Shown here in pieces: positions 1 to 9,094 of a stretch of DNA of 40,924 nucleotides (within the stretch, counting starts at the first letter, position 1; each line of letters starts with the position of its first letter). Under the pieces are notes generated by a model that made no database searches, was not told the DNA's origin, and saw only the letters and a program-made list of their open reading frames with translations. Source of the stretch: Anaerolineales bacterium (lineage in GTDB: Bacteria > Chloroflexota > Anaerolineae > Anaerolineales > E44-bin32); assembly GCA_041821665.1 (NCBI GenBank), contig JBGUDT010000003.1, forward strand, positions 71,403-112,326, given 5' to 3'. The position numbers were made by a program, and so were the translations under genes.

Positions 1-101
1 TCGCCATTAAAGGTCGCATCAAATGAATCGAAGCGAATGCGTTCACGTTCCGCAGCATATCGCTTCGCCTTCTCGATCTTACCGATCATTCCATAATCCA
101 T
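1..101 (-). CDS. Small hypothetical protein, N-terminal part (runs off the window edge)
   Basis: Own translation: ATG at 101 after AAGGAGGCACA; MDYGMIGKIEKAKRYAAERERIRFDSFDATFNG, open to the edge. From memory it resembles a small Chloroflexi protein with a C-terminal SWIM-like Zn finger (not visible here). Confidence 0.8.
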   Translation of the reverse strand, partial: MDYGMIGKIEKAKRYAAERERIRFDSFDATFNG

Positions 102-129
102 TGTGCCTCCTTACCTGAAATTTTGTAAC

Positions 130-161
130 AAAAAGGCACACGGGCATCATGCCCATGCGCC
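130..161 (-). terminator. Intrinsic terminator-like hairpin in the leader of the 1..101 gene
   Basis: Minus strand GGCGCATGGGCA-TGA-TGCCCGTGTGCC then TTTTT; 12-bp stem with G-U pairs that work only on the minus strand. Confidence 0.75.
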
Positions 162-230
162 TGGGATATCAACCTTCAATTGTCCTCACTTCATCCATAA
201 TTACACTGCTCCGGCTACGCCTTAACTTTT

Positions 231-259
231 AGTATATGTTTTCCATGCATCAGAGTCAA
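231..259 (-). promoter_or_regulatory. Sigma70-type promoter
   Basis: TTGACT-N17-TATACT on the minus strand. Confidence 0.75.
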
Positions 260-323
260 TCCACGATGACCCACCGAAAAACCTACGCAGTTCGTAAATA
301 TTATTTTCTAGGTGAACCACGCC

Positions 324-1064
324 CTATCTTATTCTGCCGTTGGTGTTCAATACACCATCCAATTCTCCAAGTTTTTGGATCACAGTACACTCAGCTTCTG
401 GGAACAAGCCCAGAGGGTCAACGAGGACCGCCCGCATCCCTGCACCCTCTGCCGAGATAACATCAGCGTAGAAGTTATCCCCAACGTATGCGATTGCCTC
501 GGGAGGCGTTTGCATCAACTCCGCCGCATAGGTTAGTAAGCGAGGATCTGGTTTCCACCAACCCACTTCCCCTGCTGCGAGAATGATTTCAAAAAAATCC
601 TGAAGATCTAGCTCTTCGATTACGTCCTGGATGGGCTTCTGACGATTGGAGACCACCCCAAGACGATATCCATCTTCTTGTAATTTACCCAATGTTTCGA
701 AAGCATCCGCAGCGACGACGCCAACTGGATCATACTGTTCTTGCATGATGCGTGTAATTTCAGGCGCCAATTGCTCGGCCTGCCCCTCACTCCCCCCGAG
801 GATCATGAGATGTTTGCGAGCATGATTCGTCCAGAATGCGCCATTGTCTGGATGGTTGCCGAAGATCTCCATATCCTTGAGCAATTCATCAGAATTTGCC
901 CAATATGCGGATACCCAGCGCCTGGCAGCGCGCTGAGAATCCGGATCAGGTTGGATCCCATGAACCTCGGCGTGGCGATGGAACGTGTCAATCGACGGTG
1001 GATCGCTGAACCTCAGTGTACCGTCAAGATCAAAAAGAACTGTATCAATCTTCCTTAAACCCAT
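324..1064 (-). CDS. HAD-superfamily hydrolase
   Basis: Motif I FDLDGTL, motif II VVSN, motifs III/IV KPDP and GDNFYADV. Confidence 0.9.
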   Translation of the reverse strand: MGLRKIDTVLFDLDGTLRFSDPPSIDTFHRHAEVHGIQPDPDSQRAARRWVSAYWANSDELLKDMEIFGNHPDNGAFWTNHARKHLMILGGSEGQAEQLAPEITRIMQEQYDPVGVVAADAFETLGKLQEDGYRLGVVSNRQKPIQDVIEELDLQDFFEIILAAGEVGWWKPDPRLLTYAAELMQTPPEAIAYVGDNFYADVISAEGAGMRAVLVDPLGLFPEAECTVIQKLGELDGVLNTNGRIR

Positions 1065-1125
1065 TTTATATTCATCCTACTCGTAAAAGATTTCTACCTC
1101 TTGAAAATCTAACCTTTAAATTGTA

Positions 1126-1746
1126 TCAAGACCTGACGAAGAGCATTTTAAGTCCAAAACCGATCACGACAATATATCCGAACAGGCTGGCAACCATCCT
1201 GAATCTTGGTGTCATCCTTTCATGAGCAAAGGCGCCGATCCCCGCAAGAAGCGTTTGCCAGGAAAGAGATGCCAGGGCTGCTCCAGCGACAAATACCAAA
1301 CCCTCGATTGGTCGAGTGATATCTTCCACGCCACCTCCCAGGATGATAATCGAGAAATAAACGATGGTGAGGGGATTGAAGATGGTAAGAGCCAGAAACT
1401 GGAAAAATATATTTCTCTCTTCTACAGGCTCCATGGATTTGGAGCCGGGTACCTCACGAGACGCTCTCACGGTCATCCAGATTCCATATGCGCCAATCCC
1501 AAGCAGTATGACTCCCCCGACAAGTTTGATCGCGTCTCCGTATGGAAACAGGATTGTCGAAAGGGCTTCTCCCGCGATGATCGCCAGCGACGCGTACAGC
1601 GTATCTGCCGCCGCTGCTCCTGCTCCAGCCGCAAACCCGGCTCGAAACCCTCGACGCAGACCCGTCTCGACAATCAGCACTGCGATCGCACCCACGGGTA
1701 TGGCAATTCCATAACCGGCCAGTGCCCCTTGTAAGAAATACGACAT
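1126..1746 (-). CDS. LysE-family amino acid exporter
   Basis: Hydrophobic 206 aa with PVG..A...V..GL..G...G...G.GAA.AD and NP signatures; RBS AAGGAG. Confidence 0.85.
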   Translation of the reverse strand: MSYFLQGALAGYGIAIPVGAIAVLIVETGLRRGFRAGFAAGAGAAAADTLYASLAIIAGEALSTILFPYGDAIKLVGGVILLGIGAYGIWMTVRASREVPGSKSMEPVEERNIFFQFLALTIFNPLTIVYFSIIILGGGVEDITRPIEGLVFVAGAALASLSWQTLLAGIGAFAHERMTPRFRMVASLFGYIVVIGFGLKMLFVRS

Positions 1747-1915
1747 CGTTCGGCTCTGATGACTCCTTATCGAGTTCTATGAGAATGTTGGAGATCTACC
1801 AACAAGTTTGATGATGGTAATAATTCTACCGACAAACCGCACAATGTATTACGCGTAATGTGTTACTTTGTAAAAATGCATGTGGAACCAGAATGCGGGA
1901 GGGATCCTCGTCGAA

Positions 1916-3265
1916 TCAGTGTTCTACCTCGGGTTCTGCAACACGGATCCCAGATAAATCATACGCAAGTGCCCCTGTGATTTGAACTTCCACCATTTCC
2001 CCTGCAGGAATCTCACCATCCACCAGGACCAATCCATCGATTTCAGGTGCATCGCGATAGGAGCGACCAAGGGACAGTTCGTCGTCATGACCCTCTACAA
2101 GGACATCCAACTTTTTACCGACGAAACCCTGGTTCTTCGATAAAGATATTCTTTGTTGGACTTCCATCAGGCGGTTGCGTCGATCTTCCTTGACCTCAGA
2201 TGGCACCGGATCTCCTAACTTCTCACTGCTAGTTCCACCTTCATACGAAAATGTAAAGACACCTACTCGATCAAACATCACGCTTTTAACAAATCCGAGA
2301 AGCTCAGCGAAGTCGTCCTCCGTCTCTCCCGGATAGCCGACTATGAATGTCGTGCGCAATGCCAGGTCCGGCATGGCCGCTCGCATCTTCTCGATCGTCT
2401 TGTACACCCACGTCATATTCGCGGGTCGGCGCATCGCTTTTAGAACTTCCTGGCTGCTGTGCTGGAGCGGCATATCAAGATACGGAATGATCTGCGTATG
2501 CGTGGCCATAGCCTCGATGAGGCCATCTGTTACGTATCCAGGGTAGGCATACATCACTCGTATCCAATCCAGATCCGGAGCGGTCTGCACAATATCAGTT
2601 AAAAGCGTGGCAAGGCCATCCTTCATGTCAAGGTCATGTCCGTAATCCGTCGTATCCTGGGCGATGAGGATAACTTCCCGTATTCCTTGCGACTGGAGGT
2701 CCCTCACCTCAGAAAGAATGGCCTGGGGAGGACGACTTACCGCAGGGCCCTTGATCAGGGGAATCGCACAGAAGGCGCAAGGTCGCCGGCACCCATCAGC
2801 GATCTTGAGATAGGCGCTGGCCCCCTGGATGGCGACACGTGCTACCCCTCGGTCATCCTCACCTACAGTGGGAACATCGGGAAGATGGTAGACCGGTGTG
2901 GGTTGTCCACGTTCGCGAGTTTTCCTGACAATCTCAAGGACATCCATCCATCGTCTTGTTCCTAGCACACCATCGATGCCAGGTACTTCTCGAACCACTG
3001 CTTCTCCGTAACGCTGTGTGAGACAACCAGCTGCGATAAGCGTTTGATCCGCCCTCTTACTCTCTGCAAGCTCACGTAGCACGTCAAACGATTCGTCCCG
3101 TGCTGGACCGATAAAACCACATGTATTCACGATCACAACATCGGCATCTTGGGGTGAAGGGTTCGCGCGATACCCTCCTTTGACGAGAAGTCGCGTCATA
3201 GACTCGGAGTCCACGCTGTTTTTCGCACACCCCAGTGAGATCAGATGGAAGCTGTTATCAGGCAA
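1916..3265 (-). CDS. rimO: Ribosomal protein S12 methylthiotransferase RimO
   Basis: SLGCAKNSVDSE, NTCGFI, radical SAM CRRPCAFC, C-terminal TRAM with DAPEIDG. Confidence 0.95.
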   Translation of the reverse strand: MPDNSFHLISLGCAKNSVDSESMTRLLVKGGYRANPSPQDADVVIVNTCGFIGPARDESFDVLRELAESKRADQTLIAAGCLTQRYGEAVVREVPGIDGVLGTRRWMDVLEIVRKTRERGQPTPVYHLPDVPTVGEDDRGVARVAIQGASAYLKIADGCRRPCAFCAIPLIKGPAVSRPPQAILSEVRDLQSQGIREVILIAQDTTDYGHDLDMKDGLATLLTDIVQTAPDLDWIRVMYAYPGYVTDGLIEAMATHTQIIPYLDMPLQHSSQEVLKAMRRPANMTWVYKTIEKMRAAMPDLALRTTFIVGYPGETEDDFAELLGFVKSVMFDRVGVFTFSYEGGTSSEKLGDPVPSEVKEDRRNRLMEVQQRISLSKNQGFVGKKLDVLVEGHDDELSLGRSYRDAPEIDGLVLVDGEIPAGEMVEVQITGALAYDLSGIRVAEPEVEH

Positions 3266-3268
3266 TGT

Positions 3269-4174
3269 TCAGCCTCCAGGAGCGCTGTTAGGCGCTGGCG
3301 TGCTTTCCTGGGTTGCCGTGGACGGGGCAGGCGTTCTCGTAATCGTGGGTGTAGGCGTCACCAGGCCTTCCGCTGTCCATATGCGGATGATTACCTGGCC
3401 AATTTCCCCCAGGAAACCGATATCTTGATTGTTATAAAGCACGCGGATCACGCCTCCATTCCCTGTGAGCAACTCAAGCGTCTCAAAGTCATGAAATTCA
3501 AGCGTATCATCCCGTCTAACTCGGCCGCTGAAGGCTTCCTCACCATCAACCGTAATTCGAATCCACGCTTGTTGCTCGGCAATGACGACAATGCTCGTGG
3601 TCTCGACCACACCAAGCTGCAGCGTAGATGTAGGTGTTGCCGCTTCAGGAGACAGGTTGATCAAATCTGTGAACACCACAGCTGTGGGGGGATTTTCCGT
3701 TGGGGTCTCGATCAGTTGAGTTGCTTGAGATATCGGGTCGATTTGGGCCGGGTCAGCTTCGCTGTTTAGCGCGGCGAAAACGCGCCCGCCTCCCCAAATC
3801 AACATGGCGATCACGCCTATGATGATCAACCCTGCAACGAGCAAATCTGAGGAAAACACCCGTGGCTTTCTTACTCGTACAAATGGTTTAGACGCACTCG
3901 GCTCAGTTTTTGATCCAATTTTAATCAACTGAGGGGTACGGCGACCGCGGCTTTGACCAAATTGTTCAAAGACATCTTCACGGTCCAAACCAAGGAAATC
4001 GGCATAATTCCCAAGAAATCCACGAGCTTGGCTTTGGGAAGCAAACGAGTCGAAATCACCATTCTCAAGAGCCGTAAGACGTTCCACACGGATGTGGGTG
4101 GAACGCTCGACTTCTTCGAGGGTCAAGCCGAGACGCTCTCGCGTCTCCCGTAATGTTCGGCCAATCTCTTCCAT
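3269..4174 (-). CDS. rodZ: RodZ-like protein (HTH, TM helix, DUF4115-like domain)
   Basis: N-terminal HTH (IGRTLRETRERLGLTLEEV...YADFLGLD), one TM helix, C-terminal AWIRITVDG...TGNGG domain; adjacent to rimO. Confidence 0.85.
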   Translation of the reverse strand: MEEIGRTLRETRERLGLTLEEVERSTHIRVERLTALENGDFDSFASQSQARGFLGNYADFLGLDREDVFEQFGQSRGRRTPQLIKIGSKTEPSASKPFVRVRKPRVFSSDLLVAGLIIIGVIAMLIWGGGRVFAALNSEADPAQIDPISQATQLIETPTENPPTAVVFTDLINLSPEAATPTSTLQLGVVETTSIVVIAEQQAWIRITVDGEEAFSGRVRRDDTLEFHDFETLELLTGNGGVIRVLYNNQDIGFLGEIGQVIIRIWTAEGLVTPTPTITRTPAPSTATQESTPAPNSAPGG

Positions 4175-4238
4175 GGTATACGCAAGACCCGGCCTGCTAT
4201 TAAATCCTGTTATTGGATTGTTGGGTTATGACCCTTGC

Positions 4239-4955
4239 CTAATTATCTTCTTGGGGATCTGAGTTGGTTTCCTCTGAAGATTCCTCGGCATGATCAAACA
4301 CTGAGTCAGATGCTTCCGATGCATCGATGGGTTCAACCAGCTCCTCGATGGCTTCTGACTCGGTTTCTGCGACTTCCTTCGCGCTTGCCTCGGCTGCTGC
4401 CGCGGCAGCGTCTTCCGCCTCAAGCTCGACCTGGAGGTCCGCAAAAGTGCCTGCAGCTTCTTCCTCGGGGGATTGAAGATCCTCGAATTCGTAGGCTGAT
4501 TCGGGGGGTTCCCCTTCGTGATGGACCACGACGGTGACTTCTGGAATCAAATCGATGGTCAATCGGACCGGTACTTCGTGCACACCCAGCATCTTTATCG
4601 GCTGGGTATCGATCTGATTTCGATCGATAATCGCTTCCGTTTCCATCTCGATGGAGTCGGCGATCATCGCAGTGGTTATCGAGCCATAGAGTTTCCCGGT
4701 CTCTCCAGCCTTCACGGGGAAATAAAGCTTCAGGTCCGACAGATTACCCGCCACGTCACCGAGTTCCGTATTCAACCGCTCACGCTCGACAGTGGCCGAC
4801 TCTCGAATACGGTCGGTCTGTTTGAGCATACTGGGGGTTGCCAATGCAGCCAAACCTTGAGGAAGCAAGTAGTTGCGACCATACCCATCAGCAACTTTCT
4901 TCAAATCCCCAGCACGACCGAGTTTGTGAATGTCTTTCAACAACAGTACTTTCAT
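4239..4955 (-). CDS. rplI: 50S ribosomal protein L9 with long acidic C-terminal extension
   Basis: Start moved to MKVLLLKDIHKLGRAGD (4955); GYGRNYLLP and GKLYGSIT signatures; ~85-aa Glu/Asp-rich tail. Confidence 0.95.
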   Translation of the reverse strand: MKVLLLKDIHKLGRAGDLKKVADGYGRNYLLPQGLAALATPSMLKQTDRIRESATVERERLNTELGDVAGNLSDLKLYFPVKAGETGKLYGSITTAMIADSIEMETEAIIDRNQIDTQPIKMLGVHEVPVRLTIDLIPEVTVVVHHEGEPPESAYEFEDLQSPEEEAAGTFADLQVELEAEDAAAAAAEASAKEVAETESEAIEELVEPIDASEASDSVFDHAEESSEETNSDPQEDN

Positions 4956-5032
4956 TTTAATCAAGCCCTTTCTGCAAAATTTGAGCGCCGCATGCGGCGC
5001 TCCGGGCGAAGGGTACAACGCCCTGCGCGGGG

Positions 5033-5061
5033 ATTGTACCAGAGGAACCTATCACGGTCAA
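5033..5061 (-). promoter_or_regulatory. Sigma70 promoter of rplI
   Basis: TTGACC-N17-TACAAT with extended -10 TG. Confidence 0.7.
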
Positions 5062-5158
5062 AGTAGCGAGTACCAAGAATGATGGCAAAACTGGATCCAG
5101 AGAGTTCATTAGAAGCTCATGCACCCGTCGGTCTATGAGAGCGATGGGCATACCATAA

Positions 5159-5527
5159 CTATTTTTCTGAAAGCAGCCTGACCACCATCCCCAAGAGTTG
5201 ATCTCTCGAGAAGGGCTTGAGCAGATAATCCACGGCTCCGGCGCCCATGCCCTCATCGATTTCGGATTGCTGACCCTTTGCCGAGATAAAAGCAACAGGG
5301 ATGTGCTGGATCGTGACGTCGTTAACAATTCTCCGGCAAACCTCATATCCATCCATGCGCGGCATCCTGACGTCAAGTAAGACGAGATCGGGCCGCTCTT
5401 TATAGACCATTTCAAGGGCGTCCTCGCCGTTGGCCGTCACGATGACATCATAACCCTCGTACTCCAGAGTAAAAGAGATAAGTTCCCGGATGTCCCGTTC
5501 ATCTTCAGCGATGAGGATTTTGGTCAT
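5159..5527 (-). CDS. Single-domain response regulator (receiver)
   Basis: Start moved to MTKILIAEDE (ATGA overlap with kinase stop); LLDVRMP phospho-Asp, SA, KPF. Confidence 0.92.
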   Translation of the reverse strand: MTKILIAEDERDIRELISFTLEYEGYDVIVTANGEDALEMVYKERPDLVLLDVRMPRMDGYEVCRRIVNDVTIQHIPVAFISAKGQQSEIDEGMGAGAVDYLLKPFSRDQLLGMVVRLLSEK

Positions 5528-7932
5528 GCCGCTCCGGTCTCCGGGATGACTTGGGGAACATCCTCTGCAAAAGGGAGCGCAATTGTAAAGCTCGTACCGC
5601 TGCCGGGGGTTCCTTCGCTGGTCACCCAAATCCGACCGCCATGCATCTCCACAAGATTAAGCACGATTGAAAGTCCCAGGCCTGTACCAGCTACGCCTAG
5701 GTTGAGGGCTTGCTCCCCGCGGTAGAAGCGTTCAAAGATGCGGTTTTGTTCCTGGAGCGAGATCCCGATTCCTGTGTCGGACACCTCGATTTCAATTGAA
5801 TCATCCACAGCAGCGGCTTTGAGTGCGATTTTCCCACCTGCGGGTGTGTAGTGTACGCTGTTCTCGACAAGATTTTCTAAAATCTGTCGAACCCGCTCGG
5901 CGTCCCCATTGATTCTGGGGATGTCTTCCGGAAAAACGATCTCGACTTCAAGTGTCTTATCGTACTCTTTACACATCTGATGGATGTAAGCTTCTGCCTC
6001 AGAGAAAACCGTTGAAACTCTAATTGGTTCAATTACGAGAAGATTTCGACCTGATTCAATTCTCGAGATGTCGAGAAGATCATTCACAAGAATTTCCAAA
6101 CGGTTGGTGTTGACTCGCACGATGTCGAGGTAACGCCGCTGCTCGCTGTTCAAGATGCCACTCACGCCCATAAGGAGCAAGTCCACAAAGCCCTTGATGG
6201 AGGTCATCGGGCTTCGCAGTTCATGACTCACAGTGGCAACAAATTCAGACTTGAGCCGATCGACTTCCACCTCACGCGAGATATCCCGGACGATGGAAAC
6301 AGTACCGAGAAATTCCTCGCCCAGGACTACGGGTGCAGGATGCACTGCGATGACCCTGCCATCCTCAAGGACGATTTGTTCTGAAATGAATCCGATCTGA
6401 TCGGGGGATGGTGTTTTATCACTCCAACCATGTATGGATTCAGCCCATCGACCTCCAGAAGTGCCATAGACGCCGATAATGTCGAAGACTGGTCCGCCAA
6501 GCACATCCGCGCGAGCCAACCCCAGGATGCGTTCTGCGGCTGGATTAAAGAGAAGGATGCCGTGATCATGATCTGTCACGATAACTCCATCCGTGATGGA
6601 ATTAAGGATGGCGCGTGATTTACTTGTCTCAACTTGCTGTACCCGCACAAGGGAACCGAGGTGCTCGGCCTGGTCCCGGATCAGTGCGTACAGTTCCGCA
6701 TTGCTGATCGCCACAGCAATCTGGCTGGCTGCCGCAGTCACAAACCGGAGATGCTCTTGCGTGAAGACATTGGAACGTTGTGCATACAGCGCAATCGTGC
6801 CAATGACCTCCTCCGAAGCAATCAAAGGTATCACCAGGGCGCTTTTCTGATTGGGTATGTCATCGTCATAAGGCACCCAACGCTCATCCTGAGTGAGGTC
6901 GTCAATAATGATCGCCTGCCGATTCCGGATGACCCATCCAGCGAGACCCTCATTACTTGTATAAGGGGACGGTCGTCCCCCTGGGGGAAGAGGTTCAGGA
7001 AAACCAAACGATGCGCGCAAGATGAGGTTATCTGTTTCAGATGGGATGAGGAGAATCGCACCCTGGCCTGCGGGCACCACCTCCTGGATAAGGGATAGCG
7101 ATCGGTTTAGTACTCTGTCGAGATCCAGGCTGGTCGAAAGCTCCGTTGATAATCGCAGGAGCGTCTCAGTTCTTATGAGATCGCGAGTGTGATCGTGATC
7201 CACTCCCAGAGTTGAGCTTCCTCCCACAGCACTGGGTGTAACCCCGGGGGGAAGCGCGCTCGTACCGTAAGAACGCACGATTTCAATCGAAGCCTGGAGA
7301 AGGGAGCCACACTGAGGGGCAATGAATGCGGCCAGCTCAATATCCTTATCCTCAAACCGCTCCCCGTCCCTCTTGTTTGCAGCTAGAAGGAGCCCAATTC
7401 TGTTTCCGGCGTTCGTCAAAGGAACAATTAGCATGTTTTGAAATTTTCCCTGCTGAAACGCAGGGCGAAGCCCAAATTCGTCCACCGTTGGATCTTGAGG
7501 GACGTTATTGGAAACCCAATTTTCCTGCCGTGTCCATACGGTCGAAAGTGGTGCTTCCGGCGGCGATGGAAGGCTGAACCACTCCAGAACGAATTCATCC
7601 TGAACCCCGTGGAAAGGGATTTGGCCGCGCAGCAACAGGTCAATTTGATCGTAGATCAGGAAGCCCAGGATCGATACGTTGAGAGCATCCGCTATTGTTT
7701 CGGTGAGCAATTCAAACAATGCCTCCTGATCCTGGATAAGTGGGATGGCTTGAAAGAGCGCAGAAATCAAATCAGGGTCACTATAGTGTGATTCGCGTTG
7801 ATGGACATCGTCCTCTTTCTGTCTTGTGGCTTCAGTCGAGCGGATGGAGGCGGCGACCCAAACAACTCCGATGATGAGCACACCAAAGAAGAGGAGAAAA
7901 AATCCCACCAGCAAGGGGTTTATGTTATTCAT
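5524..7932 (-). CDS. Sensor histidine kinase (TM-GAF-GAF-PAS-HisKA-HATPase)
   Basis: H-box SHELRSPMTSI, N-box NLVENS, G boxes DTGIG and GTGLGL; two GAF-like segments; PAS (DGVIVTD..FNPAAE). Confidence 0.93.
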   Translation of the reverse strand: MNNINPLLVGFFLLFFGVLIIGVVWVAASIRSTEATRQKEDDVHQRESHYSDPDLISALFQAIPLIQDQEALFELLTETIADALNVSILGFLIYDQIDLLLRGQIPFHGVQDEFVLEWFSLPSPPEAPLSTVWTRQENWVSNNVPQDPTVDEFGLRPAFQQGKFQNMLIVPLTNAGNRIGLLLAANKRDGERFEDKDIELAAFIAPQCGSLLQASIEIVRSYGTSALPPGVTPSAVGGSSTLGVDHDHTRDLIRTETLLRLSTELSTSLDLDRVLNRSLSLIQEVVPAGQGAILLIPSETDNLILRASFGFPEPLPPGGRPSPYTSNEGLAGWVIRNRQAIIIDDLTQDERWVPYDDDIPNQKSALVIPLIASEEVIGTIALYAQRSNVFTQEHLRFVTAAASQIAVAISNAELYALIRDQAEHLGSLVRVQQVETSKSRAILNSITDGVIVTDHDHGILLFNPAAERILGLARADVLGGPVFDIIGVYGTSGGRWAESIHGWSDKTPSPDQIGFISEQIVLEDGRVIAVHPAPVVLGEEFLGTVSIVRDISREVEVDRLKSEFVATVSHELRSPMTSIKGFVDLLLMGVSGILNSEQRRYLDIVRVNTNRLEILVNDLLDISRIESGRNLLVIEPIRVSTVFSEAEAYIHQMCKEYDKTLEVEIVFPEDIPRINGDAERVRQILENLVENSVHYTPAGGKIALKAAAVDDSIEIEVSDTGIGISLQEQNRIFERFYRGEQALNLGVAGTGLGLSIVLNLVEMHGGRIWVTSEGTPGSGTSFTIALPFAEDVPQVIPETGAA

Positions 7933-7946
7933 ATCAAGGTGACTGC

Positions 7947-8219
7947 CTACCCATCCAACTGCCGAGCGTTCGCGGATGATTTGGTGACTTGAAAAATGTT
8001 TTCAAAGTTTTGTTCGTCGACTCGTAAGACACCGATAGAAAGCGAGAGCTCGGGTGAAGCATTGCCTGACTCGCCATCCATCTTGAATGCACCCCCATCC
8101 AAAGAAGTTAGCAGCTGCGGAAGCTCATCCAAATCGTACCCTTCCCCATCGAAAAAGATGCGGAGCAAATTGGATATATCGAAATCGGCATCAACAATCA
8201 GGATGCGACCGGTCTTCAT
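7947..8219 (-). pseudogene. Probable internally deleted receiver/GGDEF-like protein (90 aa)
   Basis: RBS AAGGAGG; first ~30 aa look like receiver beta1-alpha1 (RILIVDADFDISNLLRIFF..EGY); last ~35 aa look like a GGDEF C-terminus (LSLSIGV...A.ARQ); no middle. Confidence 0.55.
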
Positions 8220-8550
8220 CCTGTGCCCCTCCTTGTTGATGGATGCCTGACGCAAGAACCATTAGCCGAGACCTGCCTTTTATTGGTTTACAAGATCGAG
8301 CGAAGTCGAATCAGGCATCATCCCCGCTACAGAGACTCTCTCAGAGGACACATAATCGATACCAACTCAGTTGAAACTATTCAACCATTTGGGTTTTATC
8401 TTACGGTAAACATAGAGACCCAGCAAATACGATAAAAGGGCTATCCAGAGGACGAAGTGTGATGATGTGAATATAAGCGGTTGGGCACGACCAAATTGGA
8501 GGAAAAGGGATCATGAAATCGTAGGTCATTTCCCAGAGGAAGTCTACCTT

Positions 8551-9081
8551 CTACTCTTTCATTTCCTCGAGGATGCTGTAGAGCAATTCGAGTAGTACTT
8601 TTTTGACTGATTCTCGATCCGTGGCAATGCATGGCAACATCTTCACTTTAGGGTCAAGATTTAGGGCGATGCGTAAGTCATCAACTTCCCAGGCATCGTC
8701 GAGATCCTGCTTGTTAGCGGCAACGACATAAGGAGTTGGCGCGTAGGCCCGAAATGTCTGGAGAATTCCACGCGCTTCCCGATAAGTTTCAGGGCGGGCG
8801 CTATCCACCATTACAATGAAGCCGAGCATCCCTTCCGAGAGGATTTCCCACATAAAATCAAATCGTTTTTGACCCGGTGTGCCGAAGAGATAGAGGACCA
8901 AATCATCATCCACAGTGATGCGCCCAAAATCCATCGCGACAGTGGTGGTCTCTTTAATCCTCTCCGCTTCAGAACTGATCTTCCGTTCGGTGGAAACGAC
9001 ATCAATCTCACTGACCGATTGAATGAATGCAGTCTTCCCGGAGTTGAACGGACCTGTAACGACCATCTTAACAGTTTGCAT
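8551..9081 (-). CDS. MglA/CvnD-like small GTPase
   Basis: P-loop GPFNSGKT, TTTVAMDFG, GTPGQKRF, NKQD. Confidence 0.9.
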   Translation of the reverse strand: MQTVKMVVTGPFNSGKTAFIQSVSEIDVVSTERKISSEAERIKETTTVAMDFGRITVDDDLVLYLFGTPGQKRFDFMWEILSEGMLGFIVMVDSARPETYREARGILQTFRAYAPTPYVVAANKQDLDDAWEVDDLRIALNLDPKVKMLPCIATDRESVKKVLLELLYSILEEMKE

Positions 9082-9094
9082 TTTCCATCTTCCC

